NCBI GenBank assembly: GCA_017625935.1
Contig: JAGALA010000032.1
Coordinates: forward strand, 16,744-80,743
Length of the DNA: 64,000 nucleotides
Origin: Clostridia bacterium
GTDB lineage: Bacteria; Bacillota; Clostridia; Oscillospirales; CAG-272
Reading direction: 5' to 3'
Shown: positions 25,770 through 34,638 of the stretch, piece after piece
Layout: each line of letters starts with the position of its first letter
How positions within the stretch are numbered: position 1 is the first letter of the stretch
Translations under genes and position numbers: made by a program
The notes under the pieces: model-generated
Database searches by the model: none
What the model was told of the DNA's origin: nothing
The model's input: only the letters and a program-made list of their open reading frames with translations

Positions 25770-26603
25770 TTATCCCCTTTGAGCGTCTACCGTTTCCTTG
25801 TGGAGAGACTGCTTGTAAGCAAGGAGCTCCTCGGGGCTGTCGAACACCATTTGGCTTGCATAGTCCATTGTGACTGTGCCTGACATGATGTCGTGAATTG
25901 GGGTTCTCGCCTTTGTCGCAAACAAAAGAACAACCTCAGCTATTATGATTGCCACAAGAACAATCAATCCAATAAAGCCCATCTGTCCATTTAATATTAA
26001 TAAAATTATGTAGATAGGGACAAGAGCCTCAAGCGTTGCTTTCCCCAAGATTGAACGAAGGAACAGCTGAAGCGGCGTTATTCTCACGCCATCGACGCGC
26101 ATAACTCCGATGCCGAATATTTTTTTGCCAAGCGTTTGCCCGTTCTTCAGAATGAGCGGCAGGATAAACTCCATAATGAAAAATCCCGCAAGCACGCTGA
26201 GCGTGGCAATCAAAAATCCGAGATTGTCAACTATCTCCTTTCGAGCCATATACTCTTTATAAAGCTTTTTCAGCTCAGGGTCAGCCTCGATATTTTTGCC
26301 GTGATTTTCCTTTTCCTTTTCGACCGTAGCAAGATAGGCGGTTTTTTCATCCTCGGTTAGCGCCGCGTACTCTTTTTGGTGTGCCTCACAGCACTCCTCC
26401 ATATTTAAGTGAACGCCATACCGCTTTTCATATTCATGATAGATATCTTGAAGCTGCGAGGTCGCTTTATCCACGTGAGTCGTTGTTCTAAAGGCGAGAG
26501 CAAGGAGGGAAGCGGCACCAACGATAACAATGCCGATAAGGATAAAATCGAAGAGCCACGCAGAAATACGCTTCCACATATTCGCTTTTTGAAAATCGTA
26601 CAT
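25770..26603 (-). CDS. RDD-family membrane protein
   Basis: 277 aa. N-terminal WKRISAWLFDFILIGIV, with TM segments flanking a charged insert. Confidence 0.65.
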   Translation of the reverse strand: MYDFQKANMWKRISAWLFDFILIGIVIVGAASLLALAFRTTTHVDKATSQLQDIYHEYEKRYGVHLNMEECCEAHQKEYAALTEDEKTAYLATVEKEKENHGKNIEADPELKKLYKEYMARKEIVDNLGFLIATLSVLAGFFIMEFILPLILKNGQTLGKKIFGIGVMRVDGVRITPLQLFLRSILGKATLEALVPIYIILLILNGQMGFIGLIVLVAIIIAEVVLLFATKARTPIHDIMSGTVTMDYASQMVFDSPEELLAYKQSLHKETVDAQRG

Positions 26604-26787
26604 TATTTCACCTCCTTATTATACACGCATAATATTCTAACATATTATAACACACGTTTTAGAAAATTTCAAGCGTGCGCACAGAAACAAATATTGGCAA
26701 ATTTAACAATTATTCGACACATTTTTTGGTGACAATAAACAAATTTAGACACAGTATGAGGTTTTTTTAGATTTTAAAATATTCTAC

Positions 26788-26816
26788 TTGCTATGGAAAT
26801 AAGATTGTGGTATAAT
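26788..26816 (+). promoter_or_regulatory. sigma-A-type promoter of the ygjV-like gene
   Basis: TTGCTA (26788-26793), a 17-nt spacer, then TATAAT (26811-26816) with TGg upstream. The RBS GAAGGAGGGGG precedes the ATG at 26846. Confidence 0.55.
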
Positions 26817-26845
26817 GATTCAAAGCTAAAGAAGGAGGGGGTTTT

Positions 26846-27400
26846 ATGGAGCTTATCGATTACGTTGCGCAAGGCTTTGGAATTGTGGGTATGGTTTTCA
26901 ACATACTCGTTTTTCAGCAAAAAAAGCAGAAAAACGTTTTGCTGTTTCAGCTTTTTGCCGCGGTTTCATTTGGCATAAACTACTTTATGCTGGGTGCTGT
27001 AATGGGTGGACTGCTGAATGTCGTAGGCTCGCTTCGCTCTATTATTTACCTTTTTGAGAAAAAGACGAGGGCAAACTCCGTTGTATGGTTTATTATCTTC
27101 ATTGTGCTCTTCTCTTCCTCTTACCCATTGACGTTTTTGGTTTTCGGCACAGAGCCAACGCTTGGCAATTTCATCATTGAGGCGCTTCCTGTTTTGGCTA
27201 TGATAACTGCCACTCTAGCAATCCGCTTGGGCACATCGAAGATGGTAAGGCGCCTGGGTCTTATCTCCTCGCCCCTTTGGCTCACCTACAATTGCTTCAG
27301 CGGCTCTATAGGCGCAATATCAAGCGAGGTTTTGAACCTTATTTCAATTATTGTTGGAATTATAAGACTCGATTTAAGAAAAAAGAAATCAAAAAAATAA
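26846..27400 (+). CDS. YgjV-family inner-membrane protein
   Basis: 184 aa and polytopic. The N-terminus GIVGMVFNILVFQQKKQKNVLLFQLFAAVSFGINYFMLGA resembles the Imp-YgjV family. Confidence 0.65.
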   Translation: MELIDYVAQGFGIVGMVFNILVFQQKKQKNVLLFQLFAAVSFGINYFMLGAVMGGLLNVVGSLRSIIYLFEKKTRANSVVWFIIFIVLFSSSYPLTFLVFGTEPTLGNFIIEALPVLAMITATLAIRLGTSKMVRRLGLISSPLWLTYNCFSGSIGAISSEVLNLISIIVGIIRLDLRKKKSKK

Positions 27401-27421
27401 TCGCCCTGCACGGCATAAGCA

Positions 27422-27452
27422 AAAAGCACCCTTTTCGGGGTGCTTTTCTAAT
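27422..27452 (+). terminator. Rho-independent terminator after ygjV
   Basis: AAAAGCACCC / GGGGTGCTTTT hairpin with loop TTTTC and a T-rich tail. Confidence 0.65.
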
Positions 27453-27565
27453 TTCAGTCGGGGGAGTGTCTGTTTTTCGGTATATTCTGCGAGGTGTTAG
27501 GGTTATCGTTTCTTCGGTTCACGGACAGTCGAGGGCGCCTATCCTTACGGTTTAATCAACGCCTT

Positions 27566-27672
27566 GGCGTTGTATATCATCGCGGTTTACCGTGTATATC
27601 ACCAATTCCAAAGGAATTGCATATCATCACATCTTGATGTGTATATCACCACACGTATGTGTGTATATCATG
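27566..27672. repeat. five direct copies of (T)G(T/C)ATATCA at ~22-bp spacing (iteron-like array)
   Basis: GTATATCA at 27572, 27594, 27641 and 27663, and GCATATCA at 27619. Spacings are 22, 25, 22 and 22 nt. Confidence 0.8.
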
Positions 27673-27681
27673 TACACCTCA

Positions 27682-27732
27682 TCCGTCACGGCAAGCGCGC
27701 CACCTTCCCCTCCCATCAAAGGGGAAGGCTTT
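27682..27732 (+). repeat. REP-like element, family B, copy 1
   Basis: TCCGTCACGGCAAGCGCGCCACCTTCCCCT-loop-AGGGGAAGGCTTT with a 9-bp stem (27703-27711 / 27720-27728). The homologous copy is at 51356-51401. Confidence 0.6.
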
Positions 27733-27897
27733 CCCTGTCATTCCGAGCCTCACGAGGAATCTACACGGGAAAGAAGGAAGCGAAAGGCAAAGGAAACGAG
27801 TGAGAGAAAGAAAATGATGTATGGGAAAAGAAAGAGTGCACAAGAAAAGGATATAAAATAGGAAAATAAATGTAATATGGGGAATTGACGTAGAAAA

Positions 27898-27930
27898 GGA
27901 AAAGGCTACGCGAAGTCGCATAGCCCTTTT
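27898..27930 (-). terminator. terminator after peptide P2
   Basis: GGCTACGCGA / TCGCATAGCC hairpin (1 mismatch), followed on the minus strand by TTTTCCTTTTC. Confidence 0.5.
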
Positions 27931-27958
27931 GTTGTTTAAGTTTTTTAAGCGAGATGCT

Positions 27959-28108
27959 TTACCATCCGAAATCCTTCATATTAAATGAAAAATCTCCGTT
28001 AACCGTACCGTCAGCATTAACCGTTTCATTTTCTTGAATTTCGCCGGATGCTAAAATTTCTTCTGCTTCTACAACGATTTTTTCAAACGTTGGGGATTCG
28101 TATTTCAT
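27959..28108 (-). CDS. small acidic peptide P2 (49 aa), same family as P1 and P3
   Basis: Below the ORF-track cutoff and translated by hand: MKYESPTFEKIVVEAEEILASGEIQENETVNADGTVNGDFSFNMKDFGW. GGAGGT lies 7 nt upstream. It starts 29 nt after the CotH-protein stop. Confidence 0.5.
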   Translation of the reverse strand: MKYESPTFEKIVVEAEEILASGEIQENETVNADGTVNGDFSFNMKDFGW

Positions 28109-28137
28109 TTTAGTTACCTCCTTAATTTTCAAGTTAA

Positions 28138-31100
28138 TTATTCAGCTTTCTCTGGTGCGTAGTATGTGAGCAAGTAAGCGTAGCTTTCGTTGAGATAATT
28201 CTCGATGTAAGCAAGATGCTCTTCCCAAGTTGCGTATTTTCTGAACTGTTCGGGAACGCTCCAGTTACCACTTGCTTGTGATGCATTTACGTTGCCGATA
28301 AGGTTCCACTTTGTAAAGTTCTTTTCGTAAGCTTCCTTGTGTGCTCTTGCGTATGCAAGGTCGTAAGCGATTGAGTCTTTTATTCCCTTTTCGTTTGCAA
28401 CAAGCTCCTCATATACAAGTGTTCTGAATTCTTCAAATTCAAGAAGCTCTCTCATCCAGTCATTACGCTCTGCCGTCCAAAGTCTTTCTGTGTTGGAGAA
28501 GATTTGCCAGCCTGTGTTGCTTTCCTTATGTGTTACGTTACCTACTGCCATATCGAAGTCCCAAAGAGGAGCTGCAACGAGCTTGCCGTTTACATCCTTA
28601 TAATAATATACGCTTGAATAGTTAACGTCAGGGTTCTTAAAGAGGTCGAAAATGATGTATGCCTGTGCAAATGACTTAACGTCGATTAGCTCACAAAGCT
28701 TTTCATAATTTCCTTCAACAGTGGCATCTGCATTGATTGCATTGTGGCACTCTTGTAAATATCCTTTAATGTAGTCAAGGTAAGGCTTTGCCTTATCCGC
28801 ATCAAACTCACCATTCTCATCAAAGAACACATCCTCGGGGTCTTTAATTACATATGGCTTTTGTCCGCCGCTAATCGTAACAAAAACGTCGCCGTCCTTT
28901 GTATAGTTAGGAAGGTTTTGGTTTGCGCCATCAGCTGCCCAAGCATCCATTTCAACGAGGTAGCCAATGCTATCGGGGTCGATCATGCCGTCGCCGTCTT
29001 TGTCAACGCCCTTGTCCTCAGCAGTAATGTTTACACGGTTGTCCTTAACCTGAATTTGCTCGCAGAGGTAATAAACGCCTCTGTACTCACCGTTTAAGTA
29101 AAGCTCAACGCTTTGTCCCTTTGAGGTGTAGCCAAGCTCGGACATTGAAAGTCCTGCATTGAGTGCGAGCATATTACGAAGGAGTGAGTAGTCTCTTGCA
29201 TCAGCGAGAAGCACCCAGGTTTTTTCCTTACCGTAGCCAAAGAGGTCTTGCTTTTTGTCAAACTTGAACTTGTATGGCTTCTTATCAAATTTTTCCCATG
29301 TGGAGTTTCCTCTGCCCTTGATTTCAGCAACGGCTGAACCAACGCTGTCACCCTTACCTGAGTTGTCGAAAAGTGTAATTTCACAGTTAACGTAATTCTC
29401 AAGTGAGTTGATAGCTGCGCCGTTTTCGGTGTTGATTGTGATTACAGGCAAGCCTGTGCTATTTGGAACGAAGCTTGCGGTAAGTGTTGCTTTCTTTTCA
29501 GCAGTAACTGTAATTTCAGGAGTTTGCGTGCCGTCACTCCAGCAAGCGAAGGTGTAGCCTTCCTTTGCAACCGCCTTTACAGTTGACGTTGATTGACCGT
29601 CATAAACCGTCTGTGAGGTTTCACCCTCTAAAGTACCCATTGTTTCGTCGCAAGCGAAGGTGATTTGGTACCTTGGTGTGCATGCCTCTGCAATATCAGC
29701 AAAGGTAATTGGAGTTGCATAAGCCTGTTGAGAAATTTCGTTAGATGCATTTGAGTAGAGATATTCTACCTTTTTGCCGTCGGTTACGAATGCGCAAATA
29801 ACTGCAGTCTTTGCGTAGTTGCTTTCATTAAAGCCGTCAACAAAGAGGTTGAATGAATCGTATTTTTTGCTAACCTCGCGAACAACCGCGGTAGCAGTGC
29901 CGTTTACTGTAAAGTCGGGGTTAACAGGGTTAAACGCGCTTATATCGTCACCCTCACCCGGGATTGCGATAACAAGGCCGTATGAGAGGTTTTCAAGGTA
30001 TGCTTGTGTTTTCTTGTCAACTGAATAGCCAACTGTTACGCGCTCGCCGCCAATTTGTGCGGAAAAGCCCTTATATGTAAGGAGCGGAGCGTACTCTGTT
30101 GCTTCTCCCTTGTCGCCACATACGGAGCAAACCTCGCCAACTACAAATGAAGTCAAAGCATCCTTATATGTGTTTGTAGCAACGTAGCTATGCTCAAGCA
30201 TATCAACCTCGCTGTCAACGTATGTGTCGCCGCACGCCGAGCAGGTATTGGTTGTATAGCCCTTTGATGTGCAGGTTGGCTCGGTAACCACCTTATCGTA
30301 GCTGTGTCCGAGCGCGTCAACGTTATTGCCAACGTAACTCTCGCCACATACTGTACAGGTATAGGTTGTATAACCGCCGTTTGTGCAATCCGGTGCGGTT
30401 ACTGTCTCTGAATAGTTATGCTCTGTGCATTCAATTTCCTTAACGAAACCACAGTTGTTGCAGGAAATATCGTTTTCGTCATCGAATACGTGTGCATCTT
30501 TATCAATAGCAATTTCAACCGAATATTCCATTGAGCAAGCCGCGCAAATATAGGTTGTTACACCCACGGTTGTGCAGGTTGGTGCGATTGACTCAACAAC
30601 ATCACCCATTGTGTGGTTTTCATATGATGACACACAATCAGGTGTGTTATAAACGATAACGTGGTGTGTTTGGCTATTGTTAATTGGGAAATTATCGTAT
30701 TTATTCTTGTCGGCAATATATTCTTCGTAGCTTATAATTGCGCCAACTCTTTGTCTGAAGTTTTTGTCAGATACCTGTTGAACGCTCTTTACATAGTTCG
30801 CGTCACCGTGAACGAAAAATACGACGCTTGAACGGAAATCAACAAATCCCTTATAATTTTCCGAATTAATGTCTTGTCCTCTTTGTGAGTCAAACATTTG
30901 GAAAGCATTACCGCCTGTTAATATAAGGTTCCCGGGAACATGTATATACTTAAGCGGGAACGTTGTTATTTTGTTGACATCTCTAACATAAATGTATTCC
31001 TTGTTTAAATATCCAATTTTGGTCATATTCTCACCAAAAATAATGGTTTCAAACTGTGTACAACGGAAAAATACATTATTTGTAAGCTCTGTCATCGTGC

Positions 31101-31839
31101 TTGGGAACTTGACATAGCTGAGTGACATACAGTTTCTGAAGTCTTGGTCGTCACCTGCACTTGTTTTTGTTGCCTTAAGTGTTGTAATTCCTTCAGGAAT
31201 GACAAGCTTTTTAAGGTTCGCACAGAATTGGAACGCCTTGTTCGGGAATTGTGTATAAAGAACAGTATTGTCCTCCCACTCAAGCACTCTGATTGAGGTG
31301 CGGTAACAGAATTGATCAGGAATTTCCTCTAAAGTCTTTGGCAAATAGAGGAACAAAAGATATTTTCCATTTGCCACTTGACAGTATTCATTATACTGTG
31401 GGTTGTTTCCCGATGGAGGCGTGATTGCCGTTGTCATAAATAGCGCAGTGTCAAATCTCTTAATGTCCATGCCAAAGAAGTTTACACTGACAACATTGTC
31501 TGCGGTAACGTCGCCCGTAAAGGTAAATTTACCGTCTGTAATAACGCCGGCGTCAGCGGTTTTGATGCTTTTAACGGTAATATTGCGCACGTCGGTTCCG
31601 TTGTCGTCAGCTACAACGTACCAAGTGAGCGAATTGCCGTTTGCATCGGTTTTTGCGAGGGAGCCAGATTCAGTTTTAATCAACTCATACTTCTTAGCGC
31701 CCTCAAATTCAGCAGTTGCACTGTAGAGTGGATTACCGTCTTCATCGCTATAAACGTAGGTTGTTGCACCAACAGCAATAGCGAAAAGACAAACGAGCAC
31801 AAGTGCTAAAACAGCTGAAATAAGCAGTTTCTTTTTCAT
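28138..31839 (-). CDS. 1233-aa secreted protein: BspA-type LRR, Cys-rich repeats, shared ~120-aa module, and a C-terminal CotH (atypical kinase-like) domain
   Basis: Signal peptide ...FAIAVGA. CotH signature GRGNSTWEKFDKKPYKFKFDKK...WVLLADARDYSLLRNMLA...VELYLNGEYRGVYYLCEQI...PLWDFDMAVGN. Confidence 0.8.
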   Translation of the reverse strand: MKKKLLISAVLALVLVCLFAIAVGATTYVYSDEDGNPLYSATAEFEGAKKYELIKTESGSLAKTDANGNSLTWYVVADDNGTDVRNITVKSIKTADAGVITDGKFTFTGDVTADNVVSVNFFGMDIKRFDTALFMTTAITPPSGNNPQYNEYCQVANGKYLLFLYLPKTLEEIPDQFCYRTSIRVLEWEDNTVLYTQFPNKAFQFCANLKKLVIPEGITTLKATKTSAGDDQDFRNCMSLSYVKFPSTMTELTNNVFFRCTQFETIIFGENMTKIGYLNKEYIYVRDVNKITTFPLKYIHVPGNLILTGGNAFQMFDSQRGQDINSENYKGFVDFRSSVVFFVHGDANYVKSVQQVSDKNFRQRVGAIISYEEYIADKNKYDNFPINNSQTHHVIVYNTPDCVSSYENHTMGDVVESIAPTCTTVGVTTYICAACSMEYSVEIAIDKDAHVFDDENDISCNNCGFVKEIECTEHNYSETVTAPDCTNGGYTTYTCTVCGESYVGNNVDALGHSYDKVVTEPTCTSKGYTTNTCSACGDTYVDSEVDMLEHSYVATNTYKDALTSFVVGEVCSVCGDKGEATEYAPLLTYKGFSAQIGGERVTVGYSVDKKTQAYLENLSYGLVIAIPGEGDDISAFNPVNPDFTVNGTATAVVREVSKKYDSFNLFVDGFNESNYAKTAVICAFVTDGKKVEYLYSNASNEISQQAYATPITFADIAEACTPRYQITFACDETMGTLEGETSQTVYDGQSTSTVKAVAKEGYTFACWSDGTQTPEITVTAEKKATLTASFVPNSTGLPVITINTENGAAINSLENYVNCEITLFDNSGKGDSVGSAVAEIKGRGNSTWEKFDKKPYKFKFDKKQDLFGYGKEKTWVLLADARDYSLLRNMLALNAGLSMSELGYTSKGQSVELYLNGEYRGVYYLCEQIQVKDNRVNITAEDKGVDKDGDGMIDPDSIGYLVEMDAWAADGANQNLPNYTKDGDVFVTISGGQKPYVIKDPEDVFFDENGEFDADKAKPYLDYIKGYLQECHNAINADATVEGNYEKLCELIDVKSFAQAYIIFDLFKNPDVNYSSVYYYKDVNGKLVAAPLWDFDMAVGNVTHKESNTGWQIFSNTERLWTAERNDWMRELLEFEEFRTLVYEELVANEKGIKDSIAYDLAYARAHKEAYEKNFTKWNLIGNVNASQASGNWSVPEQFRKYATWEEHLAYIENYLNESYAYLLTYYAPEKAE

Positions 31840-31930
31840 TTTGGTTTTTCTCCTTAAATTATTTTTATAATATAGCCTGCATACTGCAAATTACTTTTGA
31901 TAAAATGCAGTATGCTCTTAGCTTTATTAA

Positions 31931-32092
31931 CTATTTATTTGGATTAAAGAGGTTTGAAGCGTCGATGATGAAGTCTGCAACTCCGTCTGCAACGTTTTCT
32001 ACCTTAACGTCCTCTTCTACCTCGCCTGAAGCTGAGAGGATGTCCTCTACCTCAATTTCCATTCTTTCATATTTTGGGGAAACGTATCTCAT
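31931..32092 (-). CDS. small acidic peptide P3 (53 aa), same family as P1 and P2
   Basis: Translated by hand: MRYVSPKYERMEIEVEDILSASGEVEEDVKVENVADGVADFIIDASNLFNPNK. The ATG lies 1 nt after the TAA of the 824-aa gene (TAATATG). GGAGGAGG sits inside the upstream gene's last codons. Confidence 0.55.
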   Translation of the reverse strand: MRYVSPKYERMEIEVEDILSASGEVEEDVKVENVADGVADFIIDASNLFNPNK

Positions 32093-32093
32093 A

Positions 32094-34568
32094 TTATTCC
32101 TCCTCCTTTGGAAGCTTGCTATAAGAAACTGTATGATACTTGTTACCGCTTATCGGTGCTTTTGGTTGAACGTATGATACCCTTGCGCCATCATTTACGT
32201 ACATACCCATTACGATTTCAGCCGCCATAAGCTCCTCTGTATTGAAGCCAACGAGCTTAAGGTTGAGTGCTTCAAGCTCCATGCTTGATGTTTCCTTGCT
32301 GATTACTCCGCTAACGGTATTTCCGTTTGCATCAAATATATCATTGTTTCCAATTACCTCTGATGCAGCCGCAAATACACCGTATACAAGCTCAGTGCCT
32401 GTAAATTCCTCGTATTCTGCGATTGCTTCATTATTCATTTTGTAGCCAACGGTAATTCCGCCAAGCTCTGCCTCTGATGCTGAGTAGCCAAGTGCAACGA
32501 AGAGCGCGTCAACGCTTTCTTCATTTGTTTCGCCACAAGCGCACTCTGTTACCTTTACGCCTGCTTTGCCATAGCCGTTTGCATAAGCTATGCTTGATAC
32601 AGTGTCAAAGCTATGTGCTTCAACTGTGTATACGTCACCGTTTGCTGTTGCATGCAAGCCGTCTGCTAAGAAGCTTGTGTTAGGACCCTCGGACACGTTG
32701 TTTGCAGGGTTGAAGCCAACAAATGTACCGCCGTAAACTGTGATTGTGCCACGGTTGTCGTCGTTTTCGTTAAGAGCCCATATGCCTTCGCCTGCTATGA
32801 ACGTACCGCCGTTAATTGTAACTGTACCGCCGTTCTTTGTGTAGATAAGGTCGTTTTGGTGGTTAACGTCGGTTGTAGATGAGTCGCCGCCAACAGAGTA
32901 AGAACCGCCGTTGATAACAGCGTGACCGCCGTTTGCCCAAACTGCACACCACGAGCCAACACCCGCTGTGCCTGCATTAACTGCAAAGTTGCCGTTTAAG
33001 GTAAGTGTTGCGCCGTTTGTTACAACAAATGCGTCGCCTGTTGACTCAATTGTGATACCCTCGATATTGAGTTCTGTATCCTCTGTTACTGTTACAGGAG
33101 CAAGGAGAACAATTGTGTCGCCTGCCTTTGCATTTGCAAGTGCAGCTTCGAATGATGCATAGTATGTATTACCGATTGCAGCTGCTGCGATATAATCTCT
33201 TACCTCAAAGTAGTCACAATTTGCACATTCGTTTGTTTCTTGTCCTACTTTTCCGTATACAGGAGCTGTTGTAAGAGTCCAGCCGCTCATTGAGTGTCCA
33301 AGTGCTTCGGTTACGTTATCTGTATAGCTATCGCCGCAAGCTGTGCAGGTGTAGGTCGTGTAGCCGCCGTTTACACAGTCGGGGGACGTTACCTTCGAAG
33401 AAAGTGCAAGGTGATTTGTTTCAACTATGTTCTCACTCTTGGTAACACTTGCGTCCGTTGTCTTAGTAGCTGAAAGCTGCAAGCTTAATTCACATGCGCT
33501 ATCATACGCAAAGCTACATTCGCTAATCAAGTACTGTGTTGCACTACCGATTGTTGTTTGCTTGCCAATTGACGTGGCAGTCGTTGTGTCTGCGTAATAG
33601 TAAAGGTCAAACTCGCCCCAGTTATCAAAAAGGTTTGTTCGGCTCTTTCCGTTTACAACGTCCTTAGAAAGAATGATTACAGTATTGATGTTTGCCTTAA
33701 TGCCTACATCATTTCCGTTATTGAGGTTGCGAAGCTCTTTTGTGTCAGGACCTACAATTAAGGTTTCAAAATAATTATTAAGACTAAATTGCTTATTTCC
33801 TTCGCCGTTTTGAATACCAACGAGCTTAACGGCGTTTATATAAACCGTACCGCCAACATGTGCGTTTGAAAACGCAAATACACCGAAGGTTTCAAGCTTT
33901 TTGGGCCAAATAATTGTGTTTTCCTGTCCACCGGTAACATTTTTGCCGCCGATTCGCGTGCTTGCGAACGCTTGTGGGCTAATGTTCTTTACGTTGTAAA
34001 GATTGATTGGCTCACCGTTGTAATTCCATACGGCTTGGCTTACGTTATTTGCATTGCCGGAAAACATAAATGCAGATTGATCAATGTTTTCGGTATTGTC
34101 AAACTTAATATAGACATTATTAATTGCCGTACAGCCAAAGAAGCATTCGTGCATAAAGTGATTAATCGGCGAGGTGATATTCAAGGTTTTAAGAGATTTG
34201 CAATCTCTCATTAAAACTCTCGGAATTACCGTGATATACTCACTTGTAATGTTTAGCGTTTGAACGCTTGATTTTTGCTGAATTGAGCCAATGTCAAACA
34301 ATTCGTTGTAATTCGGTATATTACCCTTAATTGTATCAAAGGCAGTTACCTTATACACAATACCGTCGACCGTTATTGTGCTTGGAATTGTCACCACCGT
34401 AGCGCCCTGAATAAAGTCGTTAACAGTAGCGTACGGCTCTTCGCCATCGTGCAGAGTATACTTAACGCCATTTTCTGTGTCATCGTACGTTGCCGCACCA
34501 ACGGTGACTGCAAGCAAGCAAACGAACAAGCACAGCATCAAGCTGATAAGTAAGATTTTCTTTTTCAT
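32094..34568 (-). CDS. 824-aa secreted protein: BspA-type LRR, Cys-rich repeat, right-handed beta-helix-like region, and the shared C-terminal module
   Basis: Start moved to the ATG at 34568 (RBS AGGAGA; MKKKILLISLMLCLFVCLLAVTVGA signal peptide). Gly/Asn/Thr-rich segments such as INGGSYSVGG, TINGGTF and TVYGGTF suggest a beta-helix. Confidence 0.75.
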   Translation of the reverse strand: MKKKILLISLMLCLFVCLLAVTVGAATYDDTENGVKYTLHDGEEPYATVNDFIQGATVVTIPSTITVDGIVYKVTAFDTIKGNIPNYNELFDIGSIQQKSSVQTLNITSEYITVIPRVLMRDCKSLKTLNITSPINHFMHECFFGCTAINNVYIKFDNTENIDQSAFMFSGNANNVSQAVWNYNGEPINLYNVKNISPQAFASTRIGGKNVTGGQENTIIWPKKLETFGVFAFSNAHVGGTVYINAVKLVGIQNGEGNKQFSLNNYFETLIVGPDTKELRNLNNGNDVGIKANINTVIILSKDVVNGKSRTNLFDNWGEFDLYYYADTTTATSIGKQTTIGSATQYLISECSFAYDSACELSLQLSATKTTDASVTKSENIVETNHLALSSKVTSPDCVNGGYTTYTCTACGDSYTDNVTEALGHSMSGWTLTTAPVYGKVGQETNECANCDYFEVRDYIAAAAIGNTYYASFEAALANAKAGDTIVLLAPVTVTEDTELNIEGITIESTGDAFVVTNGATLTLNGNFAVNAGTAGVGSWCAVWANGGHAVINGGSYSVGGDSSTTDVNHQNDLIYTKNGGTVTINGGTFIAGEGIWALNENDDNRGTITVYGGTFVGFNPANNVSEGPNTSFLADGLHATANGDVYTVEAHSFDTVSSIAYANGYGKAGVKVTECACGETNEESVDALFVALGYSASEAELGGITVGYKMNNEAIAEYEEFTGTELVYGVFAAASEVIGNNDIFDANGNTVSGVISKETSSMELEALNLKLVGFNTEELMAAEIVMGMYVNDGARVSYVQPKAPISGNKYHTVSYSKLPKEEE

Positions 34569-34638
34569 TTTGTTTTTTCTCCTTATAATTTTTTGCGCTA
34601 TAATATTAACATATATGTGGAAAACTGTCAAGTTGAAC

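Noticed and set aside
27566-27672. A CRISPR array.
   Set aside because: The repeat units are only 8-9 nt, the 'spacers' are ~13-16 nt, there are just five degenerate copies, and the window has no cas genes. An iteron-like or regulator-site array is the better description.
27564-27861. Track ORFs of 79 and 89 aa (plus one of 92 aa at 27277-27555 and one of 80 aa on the minus strand) as genes in the ygjV/P2 gap.
   Set aside because: They have no RBS. They run through the direct-repeat array, the REP hairpin and the purine tract, which gives low-complexity K/E/R/G strings. They also overlap one another in different frames.
31905-32177. A 90-aa plus-strand ORF overlapping peptide P3.
   Set aside because: It has no RBS and Ser/Thr/Leu-rich composition. 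The minus-strand reading has a strong RBS, stop-start coupling to the upstream gene, and two paralogs elsewhere in the window.
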